This document shows, piece by piece, positions 17,664 through 24,951 of a stretch of 64,000 nt of DNA. The stretch lies in assembly GCA_025350245.1 (NCBI GenBank), contig JANXYG010000118.1, forward strand, positions 482-64,481. The letters run 5' to 3'. The notes beneath the pieces were generated by a model. The model did not search any database, was not told where the DNA came from, and was given only the letters and a program-made list of their open reading frames with translations. Source of the stretch: Betaproteobacteria bacterium. Lineage in GTDB: Bacteria > Pseudomonadota > Gammaproteobacteria > Burkholderiales > Ga0077523. The position numbers and the translations under genes are program-made. Position 1 is the first letter of the stretch, and the number at the start of each line of letters is the position of its first letter.

Positions 17664-18466
17664 CTGATTAGCGACCAACCTCAGCAGGCTCATCTGGTGA
17701 GCCACTGAGGTTGGATGATGAGCACACCGATACCGGAGGTGTGCGATGGCGATGGTGTGCGATGGCGATGAACCGGGTGCAATTTCAACCCGCACTTTCG
17801 ATGAGCGAGTTCTTTGAACGCTACGAAACCGAGGATAAATGCGAGGCGGCGCTGTTCGCCTCGCGCTCGCCGTAGGGCTGGCGCTGTCCGGTGTGCCAGT
17901 GCGCCCGTCGAGCAGCTTTATCCGCAATGGCCGACGCTACTGGCAGGGCAGTGCCCGTCACCACCAGAGCACGGTGATCAGCAGCACCGTCTTCGAGGCC
18001 ACCAAGCTGCCTCTGACCCGCTGGTTCCAGGCTATGCACCTGCTGACCCAGGCAAAGAACAATCTGTCGGCGCTGGATCTCATGCGCCACCTCGGGGTTT
18101 GCTACAAGACCGCGCTGCTCATGAAGCACAAGCTCATGGAGGTCATGCGCCTGCGCGAAGACTCCCGCCAGCTCACCGGGCGCGTCGAGATCGACGACGC
18201 CTATCTCGGGGGCGAGCGCGCCGGCGGCAAGCGTGGCCGGGGCTCGGAGAACAAGGTGCTGAGCAATCTGAAGACCGCCCTGGCCGGCACCTACCATTCG
18301 TTCCACTTCGCCAAGTATGCGCATCGTTACCTCGCCGAGGCCCAGTACCGCTTCAACCGTCGTTTCGATCTCGCCGCAATCTTGCCGCGACTGTTGCGGG
18401 CTGCCGCGGTGACCAGGCCACAGCCGGGGCGCCTGCTGCGCGCGGCTGAGGTTGGTCGCTAATCAG
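17664..18466 (+). mobile_element. Internally deleted, non-autonomous IS1595-family element with perfect 22-bp terminal inverted repeats
   Basis: IRL ctgattagcgaccaacctcagc (17664-17685) is the exact reverse complement of IRR (18445-18466). The inner ORF has the IS1595 N-terminal Zn-ribbon region (MSEFFERYETEDKCEAALFASR..WRCPVC) with an in-frame TAG, and zinc cysteines lost (YWQGSARHHQ). ..GRGSENKV is joined directly to the C-terminal ..YHSFHFAKYAHRYLAEAQYRFNRR, so the DDE core is deleted. A 16-bp tandem duplication lies at 17739-17770. No matching target-site duplication is seen. Confidence 0.75.
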
Positions 18467-18659
18467 CTTCCCAATCCCGCACGCGGGAAAGGCGTTCTCG
18501 AAGAAACAAAGGGTTAGCGATTTTTTTCCTCGAGAGAGGAAAGGCTTTTAACATCAGCTGCAGGTCTTCGATATTGCGATTTCTGGGTCCGCTTCCAGAG
18601 GCGAGCGGCCAAAGGAGAACCGACGCTCGCCTTGGCGATACTCGACGGAGTCCAACTCG

Positions 18660-18806
18660 ATGAACAAGCCACCTTCCGCCAAGGCCCGGCCTGACGTCCC
18701 CGACGACGCGCCCGTGCGCCGTTCTGACATCGCCGCTGGCAGGCTGGTGCTCCGCAAGCGCGACCAGAACGGCGCGGTGCTGCCGAGACCTACTCGCCAA
18801 TCGTGA
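18660..18806 (+). CDS. Small hypothetical ORF (48 aa) convergent with the Uma2 gene
   Basis: ATG 18660 with GGAG about 9 nt upstream: MNKPPSAKARPDVPDDAPVRRSDIAAGRLVLRKRDQNGAVLPRPTRQS. It is below the ORF-track cutoff. No family recognised; it could be non-coding. Confidence 0.2.
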   Translation: MNKPPSAKARPDVPDDAPVRRSDIAAGRLVLRKRDQNGAVLPRPTRQS

Positions 18807-18850
18807 TCTGACTGGTCGGGCACCGAGTGGGTGTACTCGAGCAACCGTCT

Positions 18851-19369
18851 CTACTCGAACACCTCCGCCGGCTGGATGCCGAATGCGCTCCTGTCCACCT
18901 TGCCTTCAGGCCGATGGATTTCGAGGCTTCGGGCGCTCGGGACAACAATCCACGCCTCGGTCGCCCCTGCCGCCAGGTAGGCCGACGCCTTTTCGCGGAG
19001 CTTGGGCATCGCGTTACCCGGGGAAGCGATCTCGATGCACAGTTCGGGCGCCGCGGAAAGCGGAGCGTCTTCGGGATGCTCCGAGAGGAACGCGTCGGAG
19101 CACCAGGCAACGTCCGGTGCCCGGATTCCCGCTGCCGTCAGGATTCCGACTTCGACCATCGCCTTACCACCCAGTTTTCGCATCAAAAGAACCGAGAGCG
19201 CTACCGCCAGCAACCCGTGCGCTTTTCCCACTGGACTCATCAGGATTTCTCCCCACTGGGTGAGCTCGATCTTTCCCGGCACGTCCTCGAAGGTCGGATC
19301 GATGCACATACTCCGCCATCTCTCGGACAATTCGAGCGGGCTCAACGGCACCTCTATGACGTCAACCAC
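18851..19369 (-). CDS. Uma2-family (DUF820) putative restriction-endonuclease-like protein, full length
   Basis: 172-aa ORF whose first codon is GTG. ..KIELTQWGEILMSPVGKAHG..VGILTAAGIRAPDVAWCSDAFL..PELCIEIASPGN..KREKASAYLAAGATEAWIVVP.. fits the Uma2 PD-(D/E)xK-like pattern (D..E.S). Confidence 0.75.
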   Translation of the reverse strand: MVDVIEVPLSPLELSERWRSMCIDPTFEDVPGKIELTQWGEILMSPVGKAHGLLAVALSVLLMRKLGGKAMVEVGILTAAGIRAPDVAWCSDAFLSEHPEDAPLSAAPELCIEIASPGNAMPKLREKASAYLAAGATEAWIVVPSARSLEIHRPEGKVDRSAFGIQPAEVFE

Positions 19370-19496
19370 TCTGCATATACCTCATCAAGGGTGATGGCCC
19401 GACGTTACGCCTGGCCCAAAAATGCCGCAAGGCTACCCTGGAGAGGCCCCGTTGCGGGCCACTTTGAGGTGGCTACATTCTTGGTTTGCGCATTGC

Positions 19497-19919
19497 TCAA
19501 CTCGTCACCGCCTCACCCTCCCGCGACGTATCGAAGTTCTGCGCCTTCAGCCACTGCGCCAGCATGGTGTCCATGGTGGCGGCGTGGCTGCAGAACCAGT
19601 TGCCGAGTTCCTGCGCCAGCACCTTGCCCACCTTGAACTTGCCTTCGACCACGTAGCCGCGCGTTTCGTGAATGGCGTTGAGCACGCCGTCGTGTTCATC
19701 GAGATGGCAATGCGTCGGCGGAAAATCGGTCGCGGCCATCCAGCGCTGCTCCTGCCCGAAGTGCTCTTCGGTGTGAGCGATCAGCGCGTCGATCGCGGCG
19801 AGCATCGTATCGTCGGTGGCATCGCCGACAACATTGAGCATGTCGACAAATTCGCGGTGCGTCTCGTCGATGCGGGCGTCGCCGAGGGCGAGTTCAGGGG
19901 TCCAGTCCAGCGTTGCCAT
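19497..19919 (-). CDS. Bacteriohemerythrin
   Basis: 140 aa from ATG 19919. MATLDWTPELALGDARIDETHREFVDML.. and ..LIAHTEEHFGQEQRWM..HCHLDEHDGVL carry the H..HxxxE..HxxxH..HxxxxD iron ligands typical of hemerythrin-like domains. Confidence 0.85.
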   Translation of the reverse strand: MATLDWTPELALGDARIDETHREFVDMLNVVGDATDDTMLAAIDALIAHTEEHFGQEQRWMAATDFPPTHCHLDEHDGVLNAIHETRGYVVEGKFKVGKVLAQELGNWFCSHAATMDTMLAQWLKAQNFDTSREGEAVTS

Positions 19920-19957
19920 GCTTCCGTTTCCAGTCGTTTGATGTTGTTGGCGGTCAA

Positions 19958-22402
19958 TCAATACCGATTCGGATCGGCATAGTTCTCGAACCGCGTGTTC
20001 TCCCCCCGGAACGTCAGCTTCACCGTTCCGATCGGGCCGTTGCGCTGCTTGCCGATGATGAGCTCAGCCAGCCCCTTGTCGGCGCTGTCGGGGTTGTAGA
20101 CCTCGTCGCGGTAGATGAACAGGATCAGGTCCGCGTCCTGTTCGATGGCGCCGGAGTTGTGGCTGACGATGCCATCGGCGAGCCAGGAGGCCGGGCCGGG
20201 AACGGTGAGATCGAACACCGCTTCCTCACCGGCGGAAACCACCTTCACCACGCGATCCCAGAAGACATCGTTGTCGCTGCCGTGCCCGACATCCCGCGCG
20301 TTGCCGGCCGCCTCGCCGTCCGAGCCGTTGCTCGGCGCCCCTGATCCCGTATCCGACGACCCGCTCTCGGCTGCGCTGTCAGCCCGCCCTGCACTGGCTT
20401 GCATGGTGGTGCCGCCACCAGCCCGCAACTGCTCGCACCCACGGTCGAAAGCCGCAACGGGCATGGCGTCGACGTTGGCCGATCGCTCCGTGCGCACCGT
20501 CGACAGAAAGGTCGCCTGGTCGCGTCCGCACACGCTCACCGTGTATTCATCGCGAACGCCGGACGACACCACACGCCGGATGCGCCCAACCATGCGCAAG
20601 CGTTGCAGCAACGCGGCAACGTCGCGGGCAAGACCGTGGCTCGCGGTGGAGAAGCGGATGTACGCGGCGCCGTCTTCGTTGGCAGCATTCGGCGTGACCC
20701 GGCCACCAACCGTCCAGAGGTGGCGCAGGAGCACGATGATCTGCGCATTCGCCAGCCGGAACACGTCGGCGGGCAGGCGCTTTTGATCGGATTCGAGGCG
20801 GCCAACCCCCAGGCCGGACAGCCATTCGGCGACCCCTGCCCGCGCCGGACGATGGCCGGCGATCACGTGGGCGAGCAGCACGAGTTGATGCGCCGGCCAT
20901 GTGATCGGTGCGACGGCGTCGGGCACCTGGCGCGCCATCGCCAACTGGTCGCCGACGGCGATGTCGTCCACTCGCGCCCAGCCGGCCCCGCTCAACAGCC
21001 GGTGCTTGCCGGTGGCGACGATCTCGCGCCCGCTCGCGAGGCTGATGCGGAACACGTGGCGCCGGCCCACCGCCCACACCTTGTCGCTCTTCGCCGCGAT
21101 GATCCGTCCGTCGTCGGACAGCGCCCAGACCTCGGGCTCGGTGCCGACCAGATCGCTGATCGGCACGCGCCGGCCATCGGTGAGATTGACCAGCGTGTCG
21201 CCCGGCACGCACTCGCGCAGATCGGACATCACCGGCCGCTTGTTGGGCCGCTGCTCCAGGCTGCGGTTGAGCTGCGACAGCGCCACCACCGGCACCGCGA
21301 GCTCTTTGGCCAGGGCCTTGAGCGAGCGCGACATCTCGGAGATCTCGGTGGCGCGGTTTTCGGAGGAGCTGGTGGACGACATCAGTTGCAGGTAGTCGAC
21401 GACGATCAGGCCGAGCTTGCCGTAGTCGCGATGCAACCGGCGCGAGCGCGCGCGAATCTCGAGCGAGTTGAGCGCGGCGCTTTCGTCGATCTGGATCGGG
21501 GCGTCATTCAGGCGGCCCACGGCGTGGGTCAGCCGCTGCCAGTCTTCGTCGAGCAGCCGGCCGGTACGCAGCCGGTGCTGGTCGAGGCGCCCGAGCGAGC
21601 CGAGCAGGCGCATCACCAGTTGCGTGGCCGACATTTCCATGGAGAACACCGCCACCGGCAAGCCGGCTTCGAGCGCGACATGCTCGGCGATGTTGAGCGC
21701 CAGCGCGGTCTTGCCCATCGACGGGCGCCCGGCAATGATCACGAGGTCGCCGGGCTGCAAACCGGAGGTCTTTTCGTCGAGGTCGGCATAGCCGGTGGGC
21801 ACGCCGGTGATGTCGCTCGGGTTGTCGCGGTTGTAGAGCATGTCCACCCGGTCGACCACCTGCGTGAGCAGGGGGCCGATGGGCACGAAGCCCTGCTTGC
21901 CGCGCGCGCCCTGCTCGGCGATCTCGAACACTTTCGACTCGGCCTGGTCGAGCAACTGGGCAGCCTCGCGCCCGAGCGGGTTGTAGGCCGAGTCGGCAAT
22001 GGCGGTGCCCACCTCGGCCAGGCGCCGCATGATGCTGCGCTCGCGCACGATCTCGGCGTAGCGCTTGATGTTGGCGGCCGAGGGGGTGTTCTGGGCCAGC
22101 GCCGCCAGATAGGCGAGACCGCCGGCGTTGGCGAGCTCGGCGCTACGTTCCAGGCTTTCGGAAACGGTGAGCACGTCCGCCGGCCGGTTGGCGTCGATCA
22201 GCCGCGAGATGTGCCGGTATACGAGCCGGTGATCGGACCGGTAGAAGTCCTGCTCCTCGACCTTGTCGGCGATGCGTTCCCAGGCGCTGTTGTCGAGCAG
22301 CAGCCCACCCAGCACCGATTGTTCGGCTTCGAGCGAGTGCGGCGGCAGCCGGATGGCGTCGACCGACGGATCGGAATGCAGGGAGGTGACGGACTGGACC
22401 AC
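19958..22402 (-). CDS. dnaB: Replicative DNA helicase DnaB containing one in-frame intein
   Basis: 814-aa ORF whose first codon is GTG. Walker A GRPSMGKTALALN, ..VFSMEMS.., ..IVVDYLQLM.., SQLNRSLEQRPNKRPVMSDLRE | intein | SGAIEQDADLILFIYRDEVYN. The spliced extein would be 462 aa. Confidence 0.95.
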   Translation of the reverse strand: MVQSVTSLHSDPSVDAIRLPPHSLEAEQSVLGGLLLDNSAWERIADKVEEQDFYRSDHRLVYRHISRLIDANRPADVLTVSESLERSAELANAGGLAYLAALAQNTPSAANIKRYAEIVRERSIMRRLAEVGTAIADSAYNPLGREAAQLLDQAESKVFEIAEQGARGKQGFVPIGPLLTQVVDRVDMLYNRDNPSDITGVPTGYADLDEKTSGLQPGDLVIIAGRPSMGKTALALNIAEHVALEAGLPVAVFSMEMSATQLVMRLLGSLGRLDQHRLRTGRLLDEDWQRLTHAVGRLNDAPIQIDESAALNSLEIRARSRRLHRDYGKLGLIVVDYLQLMSSTSSSENRATEISEMSRSLKALAKELAVPVVALSQLNRSLEQRPNKRPVMSDLRECVPGDTLVNLTDGRRVPISDLVGTEPEVWALSDDGRIIAAKSDKVWAVGRRHVFRISLASGREIVATGKHRLLSGAGWARVDDIAVGDQLAMARQVPDAVAPITWPAHQLVLLAHVIAGHRPARAGVAEWLSGLGVGRLESDQKRLPADVFRLANAQIIVLLRHLWTVGGRVTPNAANEDGAAYIRFSTASHGLARDVAALLQRLRMVGRIRRVVSSGVRDEYTVSVCGRDQATFLSTVRTERSANVDAMPVAAFDRGCEQLRAGGGTTMQASAGRADSAAESGSSDTGSGAPSNGSDGEAAGNARDVGHGSDNDVFWDRVVKVVSAGEEAVFDLTVPGPASWLADGIVSHNSGAIEQDADLILFIYRDEVYNPDSADKGLAELIIGKQRNGPIGTVKLTFRGENTRFENYADPNRY
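20156..21211 (-). other. DnaB intein (352 aa, Cys398 to Asn749) with a degenerate homing-endonuclease region
   Basis: It starts CVPGDTLV (block A Cys), has ATGKHRLL (block B TxxH) and ends ..VFDLTVPGPASWLADGIVSHN followed by the +1 Ser. It sits inside the conserved SDLRE/SGxIEQDAD helicase motif. The central LAGLIDADG-like motifs (LLAHVIAGHRP, LLRHLWTVGGRV) lack the acidic residues. Confidence 0.85.
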
Positions 22403-22480
22403 GCTGAAGTTATCGGGCTCGAGTGATGGAACGGGCTGACCGCAATTCTACGACCGGCAGGCGTCGACCGACGCGCAGAA

Positions 22481-22512
22481 ACGAAAAGGGACCGCGGCTG
22501 CGGTCCCTTTTC
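22481..22512 (-). terminator. Rho-independent terminator downstream of rplI (A/T runs on both sides, so potentially bidirectional)
   Basis: Perfect 8-bp stem gggaccgc / gcggtccc (22488-22495 / 22500-22507) with a 4-nt loop. On the minus strand it is followed by ttttcgtttc. It lies 35 nt after the rplI stop. Confidence 0.75.
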
Positions 22513-22541
22513 CTGCGCGGCAACGTCGCCGTGCGGCTTGC

Positions 22542-22988
22542 CTACTCCCCGACCACCGTCACCGTCACCGTGGCATGAACGTCGCCCGGGAAATCGACGA
22601 TCACCGCATGGTCGCCCACCTGCTTCAGCGGGCCGTCGGGCATGCGAAACGCGCTCTTGTCCACTTCATGGCCCAGCGCCTGGAGCGCGTCGGCGATGTC
22701 ATGACCGGTGACCGAACCGAACAGGCGGCCGTCGGGGCCCGCCTTCTGGGTGATCGAGAGCACCACGCCATCGACCTTGGAGGCCTTGGCGATGGCCGCC
22801 GCTACCGCTTCGGCGTGGGCTTTCTCCAGCACGGCGCGGCGCCCTTCGAACTCCGCCAGGTTGGCGGGCGTGGCGCGCTTGGCCTTGCCGGTCGGGATCA
22901 GGAAGTTGCGGGCATAGCCCACCTTGACCTTGACGACATCGCCGAGCTGGCCGAGGTTGACGACTTTCTCGAGAAGAATGATCTGCAT
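22542..22988 (-). CDS. rplI: 50S ribosomal protein L9
   Basis: 148 aa, [36 protein letters not shown].., last gene of the rpsF-priB-rpsR-rplI operon. Confidence 0.95.
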   Translation of the reverse strand: MQIILLEKVVNLGQLGDVVKVKVGYARNFLIPTGKAKRATPANLAEFEGRRAVLEKAHAEAVAAAIAKASKVDGVVLSITQKAGPDGRLFGSVTGHDIADALQALGHEVDKSAFRMPDGPLKQVGDHAVIVDFPGDVHATVTVTVVGE

Positions 22989-23002
22989 GGCGTGGGTCCT
23001 TG

Positions 23003-23284
23003 TCAGTGCAGGTCGGTGTACGGCAGCAGCGCCAGGAACCGCGCGCGCTTGATGGCCGTGGACAACTGCCGCTGGTAGTGCGCTTTCGTGCCGGTGATGC
23101 GCGCCGGGATGATCTTGCCGTTCTCGTTGACGAAGTCTTTCAGGATCTCGATGTCCTTGTAATCGACTTCCTTGATCTTCTCCGCGGTGAAGCGGCAGAA
23201 CTTGCGCCGCTTGAACAGCGGGCGATTGCCCTTGTCGTCGCGCTTGCGATCCTTGCCTTTGCCCTTGCCTTTGCCGAATGCCAT
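23003..23284 (-). CDS. rpsR: 30S ribosomal protein S18
   Basis: 93 aa, ..[64 protein letters not shown]. Confidence 0.95.
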   Translation of the reverse strand: MAFGKGKGKGKDRKRDDKGNRPLFKRRKFCRFTAEKIKEVDYKDIEILKDFVNENGKIIPARITGTKAHYQRQLSTAIKRARFLALLPYTDLH

Positions 23285-23321
23285 TTCGTGTTCCTCGCTG
23301 TCTGGTCGGAATGTCGGGTCG

Positions 23322-23636
23322 TCAGTTCTCGTCGACCCGGGTTTCGACCTTGAGTGTCTGTATGTGCAGCACCGGATACTCGCTGTTGCGACCGGCCCGC
23401 GCCATGAATCCCATCACCTGCACCGGCGATCCCGCCGGCGCGTTGCCCACCTGCTCGGCCACGGGGCCCACGGCAACTGCTCGCATCACCACCTGTACTG
23501 CCCGCTGGATACCGGCCTCGTCCTGGATCGACTCGTGCCGCACCGCGAACCTCACGGAAGCAATGCCCGCCGGGGAAACCCGCAGGGCTTCGACGTCCTG
23601 CAGCGTGCCGGCGATCTCGATCCGGTTGCGCTGCAA
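23322..23636 (-). CDS. priB: Primosomal replication protein N (PriB), OB-fold
   Basis: 104 aa (first codon TTG) between rpsF and rpsR, the conserved priB slot. ..[33 protein letters not shown].. is an SSB-like OB fold. Confidence 0.8.
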   Translation of the reverse strand: MQRNRIEIAGTLQDVEALRVSPAGIASVRFAVRHESIQDEAGIQRAVQVVMRAVAVGPVAEQVGNAPAGSPVQVMGFMARAGRNSEYPVLHIQTLKVETRVDEN

Positions 23637-23657
23637 ACCGCCGCTGCCCGTGCCGGG

Positions 23658-24065
23658 TCAGGCCGCCGGCGCCGTTTCGGGCACCGCAGTGGCTTCACCC
23701 TCGGTGGGTGCCGCCGCAGGCTGCGGGCTGGTGAGCGAGCGCGACTTCTCTTCTTTCATCATGGGCGACGGGGCCGACTCGGCTTCGCGCTTGACGATGG
23801 TGAGATGGCGCAGGATCGCGTCGTTGAACTTGAAGATGTGCTCGAGCTCGTCGAGCGTTTCCTGGTCGCATTCCACGTTCATCAGAACGTAGTGCGCCTT
23901 GTGGATTTTCTGGATCGGGAAGGCCAGTTGGCGTCGCCCCCAGTCTTCGAGACGGTGAATCTTGCCCGCCCGGCCGGTTACCGTCGCGCGGTAGCGTTCG
24001 ATCATGGCGGGTACCTGCTCGCTCTGATCAGGATGGACGATGAACACGATTTCATAGTGACGCAT
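23658..24065 (-). CDS. rpsF: 30S ribosomal protein S6
   Basis: ATG 24065 with a GAGGAG RBS 6 nt upstream. [25 protein letters not shown].. The acidic/Ala-rich C-terminal tail is typical. Confidence 0.95.
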   Translation of the reverse strand: MRHYEIVFIVHPDQSEQVPAMIERYRATVTGRAGKIHRLEDWGRRQLAFPIQKIHKAHYVLMNVECDQETLDELEHIFKFNDAILRHLTIVKREAESAPSPMMKEEKSRSLTSPQPAAAPTEGEATAVPETAPAA

Positions 24066-24159
24066 GCACACTCCTCATGGGTAAAGCCCCCCGACATGCG
24101 TGTTCGGTGGAGCAAGGTTGGCGCCGCAAGACAGTCACGGCGCCTCGAAAAGAGCGCGG

Positions 24160-24187
24160 ATTATACGGGAAAGGCCTGCCCGATCAA
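24160..24187 (-). promoter_or_regulatory. Candidate sigma70 promoter of the rpsF operon (TTGATC-16 nt-TATAAT)
   Basis: On the minus strand, TATAAT lies at 24165-24160 and TTGATC at 24187-24182, leaving a ~90-nt leader before the rpsF ATG. The -35 overlaps the rlmB stop codon. Confidence 0.5.
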
Positions 24188-24951
24188 GGCTTTCCAACCA
24201 GCTTTCCGGGGGCGACTGCGCGCCGCTGCCGGCACGCCTCATAGAGGCAGATGCCGGTGGCCACCGAAACGTTCAGGCTCTCGATCCCACCGCCGATCGG
24301 GATGTTGGCCAGCACGTCGCAGCGTTCGCGCGTGAGGCGCCTCAGCCCGGTGCCCTCGGCGCCGAGCACCAGCGCCAGCGCGCCACCGAGCGCGGCGTCT
24401 TCCAGCGGGGTGTCACCATCCCCGGCCAGCCCCACCACCAACAGGTCACGCTCGCGCAGCTCGTTGAGCGTCCGGGCGAGGTTGGTGATCATGATGTAGG
24501 GCACGGTCTCGACCGCGCCGCTCGCCACCTTCTCGACCACCGGGGTGATGCCGACCGCCCGGTCTTTCGGTGCCACGACGGCATGCACGCCCATGGCGGC
24601 GGCCGATCGCAGGCAGGCGCCGAGGTTGTGGGGGTCCTGTACGCCATCCAGCACCAGCAGCAGCGGCGCCTCGGTCAGGTCGTCGAGGATGTCGTCGAGA
24701 TGCGGGGCGCGCTCGTCCGCGCTCACCACGCAGGCCGCGCCCTGGTGCCGCACTCCTGGCAGCATACCGTCGATACGTTCGCCCGGGATCTGCTGCACGC
24801 GGACACCGCGCTCCCTGGCCAGGGCCAGGAGGCTGCGAGCACGCGCATCTTCGCGGCCGCTGTCGAGATAGACCTCGCGTACCGAGTCGGCCCGCTGGCG
24901 CAGGCGCGCCATCACGGCATGGAAGCCGTAGACCAGCCGCCCTTCGCTCAT
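24184..24951 (-). CDS. rlmB: 23S rRNA (guanosine-2'-O)-methyltransferase RlmB (SpoU/TrmH family)
   Basis: 255 aa from ATG 24951, which shares ATGA with the rnr stop. MSEGRLVYGFHAV..LVLDGVQDPHNLGACLRSA..LVLGAEGTGLRRLT..IPIGGGIESLNVSVATGICLYE. Confidence 0.9.
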   Translation of the reverse strand: MSEGRLVYGFHAVMARLRQRADSVREVYLDSGREDARARSLLALARERGVRVQQIPGERIDGMLPGVRHQGAACVVSADERAPHLDDILDDLTEAPLLLVLDGVQDPHNLGACLRSAAAMGVHAVVAPKDRAVGITPVVEKVASGAVETVPYIMITNLARTLNELRERDLLVVGLAGDGDTPLEDAALGGALALVLGAEGTGLRRLTRERCDVLANIPIGGGIESLNVSVATGICLYEACRQRRAVAPGKLVGKP

